A stretch of 50,637 nt of DNA from a virus (taxonomy: Duplodnaviria; Caudoviricetes), in IMG/VR virus record IMGVR_UViG_3300036815_000220, positions 1-50,637 of that record. One strand, given 5' to 3'. Of this stretch, positions 42,817 through 50,637 are shown piece by piece (position 1 is the stretch's first letter; each line of letters starts with the position of its first letter). The notes beneath the pieces were generated by a model, which did no database searches, was not told the DNA's origin, and saw nothing but the letters and a program-made list of their open reading frames with translations. The position numbers were made by a program, and so were the translations under genes.

Positions 42817-43266
42817 TTACCAGGTGGCTGCGCTGACGGAGATCGACGACGCCGCGAACTGGATGGTGTCGCCGTTGGCCACGCCCGTGATATTGGCCGT
42901 CAGGGCACCCCACAGGTAGCGGACCGGCGTGCCGGCGGTATCCCAGATCTCGATGGCGACCACGGTTGACCAGCTCCCGGTAGCCGACCAGGAGACCGCG
43001 TTGGCATTGGAGAACGCCCCCGCAGAGACCGCTCCGGCGAACACCGACCCGAGCGAGGAGCCGAGCGCCGTGTACCCGTTGCTGGTGGTCAGCTCGGTGC
43101 CGCTGGCCGTCTCCGACCCGATCACGGAGTAGAGCCGCAGGTGGAACGGCACCGTGACGGTCTGCGTGGTGCCGCCGGTCCCGCCCGTGATCACGGTGTT
43201 CGTGGAGGTCTTGAACAGGTTCGTCAGCAAAGCGTTAACGAATGTCTGGTCGGTCATCCCGGCCAT
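42817..43266 (-). CDS. tail fibre-associated structural protein
   Basis: L.LY....GTE....GY, SNA.AV.W..ATGSW.TV..I.IWD and V.NGDT.QF motifs. Confidence 0.75.
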   Translation of the reverse strand: MAGMTDQTFVNALLTNLFKTSTNTVITGGTGGTTQTVTVPFHLRLYSVIGSETASGTELTTSNGYTALGSSLGSVFAGAVSAGAFSNANAVSWSATGSWSTVVAIEIWDTAGTPVRYLWGALTANITGVANGDTIQFAASSISVSAATW

Positions 43267-43487
43267 CAGTTACCTCCCGCCGGGAAGACCTCGGCGCTGC
43301 CGGGCACGAGGGTGATGGTCACCGGGCGGCAGGGAGCCCCCGTCGCGCTGGCGTTGTCGCCGTGGTGGTGGTCCTGCGGGCAGCAGCCGCATCCGGCCGC
43401 GTCGAGCGCACTGTGGACGTCCACGTCGTGCTCGCTCACGACGGCAACCGCCGTGCAGTCCTTGTTCTTGCACTGGACCAGGTGCAC
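43266..43487 (-). CDS. small Cys/His-rich protein
   Basis: C....C..CGCCP..HHH...CRP; aggagg RBS; TGATG coupling. Confidence 0.65.
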   Translation of the reverse strand: MHLVQCKNKDCTAVAVVSEHDVDVHSALDAAGCGCCPQDHHHGDNASATGAPCRPVTITLVPGSAEVFPAGGN

Positions 43488-43497
43488 GCCGTCCTCC

Positions 43498-45777
43498 TCA
43501 GCCCCCGGGCGGGGCGTAGCGTCCGTAGTCGAGCAGGTCGCTGTCGTCCTCCGTCACGCCGAGGCGCGACCTGATGCCGACATGGGGCGGGTCCTGGTAG
43601 CCCCGGATCGACGGACCGGAAACCCAGGTGCCCTGTCCCTTCTGGGCCTGGGCCTCGGTTTCCGGTAGGTGCGCGGTAACGGTGAAGGCCGGCTCTTCCC
43701 CGGCGGCGGCCGTGATGCCCTCAAGTGCGGCCTCGTCCACGGCACGGGAGAGGGCGGATATCCGGCGGACGCGCTCGGACCGGGCCAGCAGCGCGCCCTT
43801 CTTCGGCATGCCGCGCTTCTTTCCTGCCTTGGGCATGGTGCCGCGCTGCTCGCCGGACTCCGGCGGCACCTGGGGCTCCCCTCCGGCGTCCTGCTCCGCC
43901 ATCTCGCCCTCGGGCGGAGCGTTCATCTCGCCGCCCGTCTCGGCTTCCATCTGCCCGGCCTGCGCGGCGTCCTCGGGGGTGGGCGCGAGGTCCGGGAGGG
44001 GGATGGGGCTCGTCCCCATCCGGTCGATCATCATCTGCTCGCCCGCAACGGCCGGGGGGACGCCCTCCACCTGGGCGATGGGAGCGAAGTCCTGCATGAG
44101 GTCGGCGGGGACCGGCAGGCCCTGGTTGCGCAGCTCGATGAACGCCTGCCGGCGGGTGCGCTGCTGGGCGATGATGTCCGCGACCGCCTCGTCCTGGGAC
44201 CGCTCGCGCTCCTCGTCGAGGTCGATGCCGAGACCCCGGGTGCGGGTGCGCTGGGAGACGGGGATGCCGGAGGCGCGGATCGCTTCCACGAACTGGCGGG
44301 TGGTGTCCTCGTCGCGGAAGTTGAGGACGGCGCACTTGAGGTCGGGCACCAGGAGCTTGGGCTGCTCGGTGATGCGCTTCTCGCCGGTTTCCTCGTCGGT
44401 CTCCAGGACCTCCTCCATGATCACGAACCGCTTGCCGTTGCGCTCCTCGTAGTCGTAGTGCTCCTGGGCTTCGGCGACGATCAAGGCCCTGCTCCGGAAG
44501 TGGCGCATGAGCATCTTCTGGTAGGTGGTCATGAGCTGCTCGACGAGCTGCTTGTTGAGCGCGTCGGCCGCGTAGGTCTGACCCTCGCCAGCGCCCATCA
44601 GGAAGGTGCGGGACAGGCCGAAGACCTGGAGCACCCGGTCCTCGATACGTTCGAAATCTGCCGAGAGATCAGGCATGTTCTCCCGGCCGAACACCGACTC
44701 CAGCTCGACGGCGAAGTTGTGGATCAGCACCCGGAAGTCGCCCGCGAGGGCGGCATCGAGGGCCATCTCGAAGTTCTCCAGGTCGTCGTCCGTCGGAATC
44801 CACGGGACCGAAGTACCGAGGTCGGTGGCGCTCGCGCCGAGCTTGGCGAGGAGGAGGGGCGTGTAGAGCCGGTCGGCGATCGAGTCGAGCGCTGTGTTGA
44901 GCATCTCCTGCTGGAGCATCGAGCGCATCGCCCGCGTAAGCAGCGGCAGGCCGCGCAAATTGAAAGTGTCGCCCTTGAACTTGAGCTGTCGCAGTAGCAC
45001 ATTCGACACAGGCATGAAGGCGTTCTCGGCCGTGTAGGCGGCTAGCTCCGGGTACTCCTGGATCAGCTTGTTGTACTCCCAGGCCGGCTGCCTGGTGGTG
45101 AGGATCTGGCGGATGGTCCAGGGGAGACGGGTGAAGTACCTCGGCTCCTTCAGGAACGGTGACCGCTCGACCTTGATGTCATCCGAATTCAGAAGCTCCT
45201 CGTCGTCCCAGATCCCGAGATCCTCGTTGAAGGTAGCGAAAGGCCACGCCTCGCCTGTGATGTAGTACTCCCGGCCGATATCGACAAGGAATTCGGAGTA
45301 ATCCAGGCCCTCGTCACCGAAGAACAGGTCTTCGTAAAAGTCCGTCAGCCGCTGGTCCTTGCACTCCAGGTGCGCGCCGACTGTCGGAAATTTGCTAAAG
45401 ATATCGATGCATGACCCAACTATTGGATCTGTTTGATAAAGCAGTCTACAAAATGCTCTGACCTTGGCAAGCTCTTCATTTTGGCTAAAGTCATACGGGA
45501 GGTTATTCTGACGCCAGTAGAACAAAGGATCGCGTGGACGCCCTGTTGCAAACTGGATGTCCGAAAACCCGGACCCGCCCGATCCTCCCGTGGAGTAAGC
45601 AGTCCTGCGTCCGAGGGAAGCCGACCTGGCGTTGATCCGGCGGTTCTTGCGCGCCTCGGCGACGTCAGCGGACATCTGCTCCGACGCGGCCGACCCGATA
45701 CCCATGGTCCGTCCTAGCTGGCGACCGATGGAAGCCTGCCGGGTGGCACCGCTCCCGGGGCGGTAGGCGACGCGCAT
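43498..45777 (-). CDS. portal protein (cluster C-like)
   Basis: CRL.Y...P.V.SCID..SKFP, RG.P.L.R....L.Q.E.LN.A.D..ADRLY.P and D..RIE..VLQ.FG motifs; aggagg RBS. Confidence 0.8.
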   Translation of the reverse strand: MRVAYRPGSGATRQASIGRQLGRTMGIGSAASEQMSADVAEARKNRRINARSASLGRRTAYSTGGSGGSGFSDIQFATGRPRDPLFYWRQNNLPYDFSQNEELAKVRAFCRLLYQTDPIVGSCIDIFSKFPTVGAHLECKDQRLTDFYEDLFFGDEGLDYSEFLVDIGREYYITGEAWPFATFNEDLGIWDDEELLNSDDIKVERSPFLKEPRYFTRLPWTIRQILTTRQPAWEYNKLIQEYPELAAYTAENAFMPVSNVLLRQLKFKGDTFNLRGLPLLTRAMRSMLQQEMLNTALDSIADRLYTPLLLAKLGASATDLGTSVPWIPTDDDLENFEMALDAALAGDFRVLIHNFAVELESVFGRENMPDLSADFERIEDRVLQVFGLSRTFLMGAGEGQTYAADALNKQLVEQLMTTYQKMLMRHFRSRALIVAEAQEHYDYEERNGKRFVIMEEVLETDEETGEKRITEQPKLLVPDLKCAVLNFRDEDTTRQFVEAIRASGIPVSQRTRTRGLGIDLDEERERSQDEAVADIIAQQRTRRQAFIELRNQGLPVPADLMQDFAPIAQVEGVPPAVAGEQMMIDRMGTSPIPLPDLAPTPEDAAQAGQMEAETGGEMNAPPEGEMAEQDAGGEPQVPPESGEQRGTMPKAGKKRGMPKKGALLARSERVRRISALSRAVDEAALEGITAAAGEEPAFTVTAHLPETEAQAQKGQGTWVSGPSIRGYQDPPHVGIRSRLGVTEDDSDLLDYGRYAPPGG

Positions 45778-45842
45778 CTGGTTCCTCCTGGGGCAGAGAG
45801 TGCTCTACTCCTTCCGTGGGGACGCGAGTTTGCCGCGTTTAC

Positions 45843-45863
45843 TACAGGGTTTATTGATAAAAT
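45843..45863 (+). promoter_or_regulatory. TACAG-box promoter variant
   Basis: TACAGGGTTTATTGA-TAAAAT, 6 nt before GTG 45870. Confidence 0.65.
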
Positions 45864-45869
45864 TGCCCT

Positions 45870-46499
45870 GTGACGCACTGGACCAAGATGCCGGTCAAGC
45901 CGTGCGAGGTCTGCGGCGGACCCGTGAGAAGCGAGACGGGCGTCTGCCGCAAGACCCAGGAGTGCAAGAGGGAATTCTGGCGTCGCACCCAGGCGGCCGG
46001 GCGCGGCGGCCTGCTGCCGACTCGCCCGTGCGCGGTATGCAGTCACCCGACGTGGAGCAAGTACGGCGTATGCAACCAGACCGAGGCATGCAGGCGGGAA
46101 GCCGGACGTCTCTCCGCCAGGGCACTCCTGCTCACCCCTGGCCGCAGGTGCCGGGACTTCGGGCAGTGCGGTGCACTGGCGAACCTGCGGAGCTACTACT
46201 GCACCGAGCACGCCAGCGCGGCCAACAAGCGCCACAAGAAGACGCGGCGATCGGCCGAGGTGCAGTTCCTCGGCTCACGGCAGGAATGGATCTGCCCATG
46301 GTGCGATCTGGAGCTACCGGACGACCTGACCGATATCGAGGTTGATCACATCATCCCGAAGGCATCCGGCCTGGTGATCGAGGAAGACTGGAACCTCCAG
46401 CTTCTTCACGGACGGTGCAACGTGGAGAAGTTCAGCCGGATCACAGATGACGCGATCCGGCTGGCGACTGAGCACGGGTTCCAGCTCAGTGCGTCCTAG
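45870..46499 (+). CDS. free-standing HNH endonuclease with N-terminal Cys repeats
   Basis: CPWC..EVDHIIP..G....WNLQLLH..CN..K; two PC.VC..P..S..GVC..T..C repeats. Confidence 0.88.
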   Translation: MTHWTKMPVKPCEVCGGPVRSETGVCRKTQECKREFWRRTQAAGRGGLLPTRPCAVCSHPTWSKYGVCNQTEACRREAGRLSARALLLTPGRRCRDFGQCGALANLRSYYCTEHASAANKRHKKTRRSAEVQFLGSRQEWICPWCDLELPDDLTDIEVDHIIPKASGLVIEEDWNLQLLHGRCNVEKFSRITDDAIRLATEHGFQLSAS

Positions 46500-46502
46500 T
46501 GC

Positions 46503-46853
46503 CTACTCGTCCGCGTAGGGACTGTTCATCTGGTCGTGCAGGTGCCCCATGATCTCTCTGCTGTTCAGGTGCTTCATCAGGTTCGGCATCCACTGGGCCG
46601 GGTCGTGGCCGAGGGGCAGGTACACCGGGTGCGGGTCGGCCTTGTAGGTGATGAACGCCGTGCGCTCGTCGCCCCCGGCATAGTGGACCCCCGGGCAGAG
46701 CATGTGCCCGGTCTCCATCCGCACGTTGTGCGGACCGTCGGGCCTGAACGCCGAGGCGAGCTGCTGCCGGAACGCGACGTCGGCCCGGTGGTCCTCCAGG
46801 GACACCCCGGGCACAGGGTCCGGATTGGTGAAGTGCCGGTCGTTGTATCCCAC
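46503..46853 (-). CDS. hypothetical protein (paralog of the neighbouring gene)
   Basis: ETGH.L, PLGH and GH.HDQ motifs. Confidence 0.65.
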   Translation of the reverse strand: MGYNDRHFTNPDPVPGVSLEDHRADVAFRQQLASAFRPDGPHNVRMETGHMLCPGVHYAGGDERTAFITYKADPHPVYLPLGHDPAQWMPNLMKHLNSREIMGHLHDQMNSPYADE

Positions 46854-46854
46854 G

Positions 46855-47262
46855 TCAGTCCCAGTGGTTGATCTCGGTCCAGCCGCCTACGGCGGAGGGA
46901 ACGCGCCGGGCCTGCCAGTCGCGGCCGGTCGGGTCGTTGTTGAGGGAGGCGCGCAGGAACTGGTCGCGCATGTGGCCGACTGTCTCAGGGTGGCGCATCT
47001 CGGCGGCGACCCTGGCCGCCGCCTCCTCGTCGCCGTGCCCGAGGGGGATACCGAGTCCGGCTCCGCCGGGATCTCCCATGTGGACGACGCTCAGGTTCCA
47101 GCCGTAGCCGGGCGTGTGGGTGACGTACAGATGGTGGCCGGTCTCGGTGTCCCACTCCGGGTGGTCCCCGCTGAACCGCGCCGACCCGGGGAGCACCCCG
47201 TGTTCCTTCAGGAGCTGGTGCATCCGCCCGTACTGCCCGGGGTACCTCTCCTGCCAGGCCAT
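46855..47262 (-). CDS. hypothetical protein (paralog of the neighbouring gene)
   Basis: ETGH.L, PLGH and GHMRDQ motifs; TGATG coupling. Confidence 0.65.
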   Translation of the reverse strand: MAWQERYPGQYGRMHQLLKEHGVLPGSARFSGDHPEWDTETGHHLYVTHTPGYGWNLSVVHMGDPGGAGLGIPLGHGDEEAAARVAAEMRHPETVGHMRDQFLRASLNNDPTGRDWQARRVPSAVGGWTEINHWD

Positions 47263-47507
47263 CAGTGCCTTCTCGCGATGAACCCGGGGGCGCGGGAGGC
47301 ATCGGCTGACCCGCCCCACTGCGGCTCCGCGCTGTCGTGGTCCTGCTCGTGCATGCTCAGCAGCACCCGCAGCGGGAGTATCCCGGCGACACCGAGCCCG
47401 TGATGGTCCCGCATGTGGTCGCGCAGTGACGCCAGGTCCGTCGGCGCATCGTGACCCTCGGGAGTGGCCGTGCGGATCAGGATCTCAGTCAGGCGGAGGC
47501 TGTTCAT
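47262..47507 (-). CDS. small His-rich protein
   Basis: LRDHMRDHHG...MHEQDH; TAATG coupling. Confidence 0.65.
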   Translation of the reverse strand: MNSLRLTEILIRTATPEGHDAPTDLASLRDHMRDHHGLGVAGILPLRVLLSMHEQDHDSAEPQWGGSADASRAPGFIARRH

Positions 47508-48742
47508 TACCAGGAGTAGCCGTTCGTCTGGCCGATACCGTGCTGGTTCATCCAGTCCCGGTCGCCGAGGTGGATGTCATCGTCGTACTCGGTGTCCAGG
47601 TCCGGGTGCACGTGCTCCAGGGGAGCATCGGCGTGCTCGTTCCGGTGCGTCTCATCGACCAGCCAGTCGGGGTCGTCGAGAGAGTCGAGAAACCCGTGCC
47701 GGTCTCTCATGTGATGCCGCAGGACATCCGGGGACATGTCACCGTGATTGTGCTCGACCTGCATAGCGGTCCTCCCGAAAGGGCGGCGGCCCCGGGAGGC
47801 CTGGGCGGGACGCCACTCCGACGGTGCGGTGCCCGCGCCGGGACCCCGGTGCCACTCCGGGGAGGAGTACCCCCTGGCGGGCTCGCCGAGGTCACTGGTG
47901 GTGGACCGCACGAAGTCGCGGGCAGGGCCGCGCTGGAGGTGCAGGTCGGCCAGCATGTGGGCGTCGTCGCGGGTCCCGGCGTACCCGAGGTCCATGTAGT
48001 GCGCCTGGGTGTGCGGGGCCGGGGGGCTGATCTCCCCGTACCACCCGGCGCTGTTACGGCCGACGGTAACCTGGTGGCCGCTGCCGAGCGTGCGGTAGGG
48101 CACAGGGGTCCCGTCGTCGGCGGTGACCCGGCGGGCGGAGGAGGCGCGCAGCACGCGCATGACGCGGGGGTCGGCCCCGGACGCCCGGACGGCGACGTGC
48201 CGCACGAGCTGGTCCTCGGTGAGGAGCTGCCCTTCGAGGCCCTGGTAGCGGCGCAGGGCGATGCTCCGCAGGGAGGACTTCTTCTTGGACTTGCCCTTCG
48301 ACTTGCCGGAATCGCCCTTCTCCGGAGGCCCGGACGCGCTAGCGTCGTCATCGCTACCGCCTCCGGACGGCGGGAAGTCACCGCCGCCGTCTGCGGCATC
48401 ATCCTGCGGCCCGCCTCCTGGTTCGGCATCTTCCCCCGGGGGCGGGCCGCCACCGTCCATCGGGGCTCCGTCGGGGCCGATCATCCCGGGATCGACGAGC
48501 CCGCCGTCCGGGCCGACATCGGAGGGCGCGCCGGGACCCGTGGGCATCTGCGGCATGCCGGGGAACGCGGGCTGCACGCGCACGATGTAGGACTGGCCGC
48601 AGAAGTCGCACCCGATGGTGCCGTCGGAGCGGCCGACCACCTGGCCGGACCCGCAGAACGGGCAGTGGCTGGTGACCAGCGGGTCGCCGGGGTCGTGCGC
48701 TGTCTTGCGGACGGTGCCGGTGCGCCGGGTGATCGTCTTCAT
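47507..48742 (-). CDS. Zn-ribbon multi-module head-region protein
   Basis: AHDPGD..HCPFCGSGQV..RSDGTI.CDFC motif; aggagg RBS before ATG 48742. Confidence 0.75.
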   Translation of the reverse strand: MKTITRRTGTVRKTAHDPGDPLVTSHCPFCGSGQVVGRSDGTIGCDFCGQSYIVRVQPAFPGMPQMPTGPGAPSDVGPDGGLVDPGMIGPDGAPMDGGGPPPGEDAEPGGGPQDDAADGGGDFPPSGGGSDDDASASGPPEKGDSGKSKGKSKKKSSLRSIALRRYQGLEGQLLTEDQLVRHVAVRASGADPRVMRVLRASSARRVTADDGTPVPYRTLGSGHQVTVGRNSAGWYGEISPPAPHTQAHYMDLGYAGTRDDAHMLADLHLQRGPARDFVRSTTSDLGEPARGYSSPEWHRGPGAGTAPSEWRPAQASRGRRPFGRTAMQVEHNHGDMSPDVLRHHMRDRHGFLDSLDDPDWLVDETHRNEHADAPLEHVHPDLDTEYDDDIHLGDRDWMNQHGIGQTNGYSW

Positions 48743-48870
48743 GAGGCCTCCTGTTCCTTCCGCGCCCAGCGCGGCGGCCCTCTTCACGGCGTCCTTCAGA
48801 GCGACCAAGATCCACACGGCGATGAATATCAGGAGCATGCCTCCAATGGTACGGGAAGTGAGTAGTGCAT

Positions 48871-48891
48871 TACAGCTTTTCTTGATAAGCT
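48871..48891 (+). promoter_or_regulatory. TACAG-box promoter
   Basis: TACAGCTTTTCTTGA-TAAGCT, 7 nt before ATG 48899. Confidence 0.78.
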
Positions 48892-48898
48892 CCCGGTT

Positions 48899-49186
48899 AT
48901 GAGTACACCAGCCGAAGGGGACACCGCCCCGAAGGAGATCATTCTCCGCATGCCGCCAGCCGAAGAGACGGACATCTATTTCCTGGAGGGGGCGGTCGAG
49001 GTCCTCCAGCGCCGGTTCGGCAGGCTCACCGCCGGGGACCTGATCGCCGGCCTCACCGGGGCCGCCGCGAGCATCCGCGCGCAGGGCGGCATCATCAGGC
49101 CAGCCGCGCCCGGGGACGCGGAGGCGGACGACTCTCACGACGGCGGCGAGCACCCCCACGGCTACTGGGAAGCGGGAGATTACTGA
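48899..49186 (+). CDS. hypothetical protein
   Basis: leaderless start; TGATG coupling. Confidence 0.65.
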   Translation: MSTPAEGDTAPKEIILRMPPAEETDIYFLEGAVEVLQRRFGRLTAGDLIAGLTGAAASIRAQGGIIRPAAPGDAEADDSHDGGEHPHGYWEAGDY

Positions 49187-49665
49187 TGAGGAAGCTAGAC
49201 GACCTGAAGCCGGCCGAGATCAAGGAGGCCGCCGCCGCGCTGGCCCCTGAGCACGGCCATTTCGAGGCCTACCAGATCCAGGGGTACATCGCCGACCGCC
49301 TCGGCTCTGCGACCTGGGACGACGACGCGCTGCCGTCCGGCTACCAGAAGAACGCCGTCCAGGAACGCTACTTCGGCCGGGTGAAGCGGGCGCTGGACGC
49401 CCTCGCCGGGGAGAAGGTACTGATCCGGGTCGGTGCCAACCAGGTACTCCCCAGCGGCCTGAACTCCTACAACACGGTGCACTACTTCACCCCGGAGGAG
49501 TTCGCCCGCCAGAATGCCGAGGGCGACGCGCGGCGGCGGGAGCAGCAGGCGGAGGCATTCCGGAACGACGAGATCAGGCGGCGTCTCGCAGCGGGCGGAT
49601 TCACAAACGGCACGGCGTTCACGACTGCCGACTGGGAGCGCATCCTCGACATGGCGGAACTGTAA
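49186..49665 (+). CDS. hypothetical protein (possible winged helix)
   Basis: RVKRALDALA.E.VLIRV; coupled start/stop. Confidence 0.65.
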   Translation: MRKLDDLKPAEIKEAAAALAPEHGHFEAYQIQGYIADRLGSATWDDDALPSGYQKNAVQERYFGRVKRALDALAGEKVLIRVGANQVLPSGLNSYNTVHYFTPEEFARQNAEGDARRREQQAEAFRNDEIRRRLAAGGFTNGTAFTTADWERILDMAEL

Positions 49666-50015
49666 TGACGCGCCCGGCTGTCACCTGGGACCGGCTCCTT
49701 GCCTGGACCCGGGCCAACGAGATCCCGGACGGGGCTCTCGTGCACGACGACGAGGGCCGGAAGGTCACCGGGGCGCATTACGACAGCCCGACCAGGCGGC
49801 TGTTCCTGCTGTCCGGCTACGAGGGCAGGAACAAGGACCCGGTGATCACCCTGGAGCGGCTGCGCGAGACCGGCGGTCAGCTCGAAGTCCCGCCGGAGGC
49901 AGAGCTGTGGTTCGAGGGATACAAGATCATGGACGATGCGAAGGTGGTTGACCTCGGGGACCTGGAACTGGACGGCGGCGGCCACCGCCTGTTCCTCCAG
50001 CGGAGGTGGGGATGA
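49665..50015 (+). CDS. hypothetical protein with internal duplication
   Basis: VTWDRL..EIPD.A..RRLFL and ITLERL..EVPP.A..HRLFL. Confidence 0.65.
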   Translation: MTRPAVTWDRLLAWTRANEIPDGALVHDDEGRKVTGAHYDSPTRRLFLLSGYEGRNKDPVITLERLRETGGQLEVPPEAELWFEGYKIMDDAKVVDLGDLELDGGGHRLFLQRRWG

Positions 50016-50637
50016 CGAAGGTAGCGGACGCGCGGCGCATGCTCCAGGCGGCAGGCGGCATCAAGGGCCTGGAGGAAGCCCTCGGACGGCCGCTGCGGGA
50101 TTTCCACCACGACTGCCACAGCGCATCGCTGCGCATCGTGCGGACGGGGATCTTCGGGAACGCCCGGGTCGCCAGGGGCATGGCGCAGGGCGTGCCACTG
50201 TCCCAGCACTCGTGGATCGTCGTCGGCGACCCCGACCCGGTGACGGGGCGGCCCGGCCCGTGGGACACCGATGCGGTGGTCGCCGACCCGACCATGTGGA
50301 GCTACCAAGATGCGGAGCCCTATGTCCACTTCGGCAGGAACACGCTGAAGACGCACGTCCCGCACGGGACCGGCAGCATCTGGGCGTTCGGCCACCCGGA
50401 CAACTGCGACCCGGCCGGGGCCGTCGAGCTGAAGTGGGACAGGCCCCCGTCGAAGGCCGCGCAGGTGTTCCTGGAGGTCCTCGGCCCGCTGGACCGGCGC
50501 GGGTGGATTCAGCTCGCCCACTACCCCGTCCAGGGGTGGCCGGCGGGAGAGATCATCGGGGCCGTGGCCGATACGGTCGGCGAGGTCCACGTCCCCATCG
50601 ACATCCTCGGAATGACCACCGGGCGCAACCCGGGCGG
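50012..50637 (+). CDS. hypothetical protein, possible papain/transglutaminase-like Cys-His-Asp triad (truncated)
   Basis: open frame from ATG 50012 (ATGA overlap, ggagg RBS) to the window end: DCHSAS..QHSWIV..VADPT. Confidence 0.6.
   Translation, partial: MTKVADARRMLQAAGGIKGLEEALGRPLRDFHHDCHSASLRIVRTGIFGNARVARGMAQGVPLSQHSWIVVGDPDPVTGRPGPWDTDAVVADPTMWSYQDAEPYVHFGRNTLKTHVPHGTGSIWAFGHPDNCDPAGAVELKWDRPPSKAAQVFLEVLGPLDRRGWIQLAHYPVQGWPAGEIIGAVADTVGEVHVPIDILGMTTGRNPG

Noticed and set aside
48743-49159. N-terminal extension of the 47507-49159 ORF
   Set aside because: It overlaps the + strand gene 48899-49186 and its promoter; a strong RBS supports ATG 48742.
1-50637. Integrase/att sites, reverse transcriptase/DGR, tmRNA, Ro60, terminase
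   Set aside because: No supporting motifs were seen in this window, so prophage versus free-phage state cannot be determined.

Overview
High-GC segment of a large actinobacterial phage or prophage. Its head genes (portal, SWIM-finger protein, protease/scaffold polyprotein, decoration protein, major capsid, neck proteins) resemble, from my recollection of the family, those of Bxz1-like (cluster C) mycobacteriophages. Bases 1-5515 are a + strand tRNA array: 29 conventional tRNAs and 3 aberrant tRNA-like genes, separated by compact self-complementary spacers. Bases 5.9-14.1 kb hold + strand virion/neck genes. Bases 20-48.7 kb hold a - strand head, tail-appendage and membrane-protein region, interrupted by + strand accessory cassettes and two free-standing HNH genes. 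The most striking element is a ~400-nt non-coding unit at 14651-15042 directly upstream of a DUF7873-like gene. It contains two circularly permuted tRNA bodies without anticodon loops (YrlA/Y-RNA-like), phased hexamer tracts, and two free-standing anticodon stem-loops (CAU, GUA). Two recurring promoter-like motifs separate accessory genes from virion genes. All family assignments come from motif recognition by eye, not from database searches.
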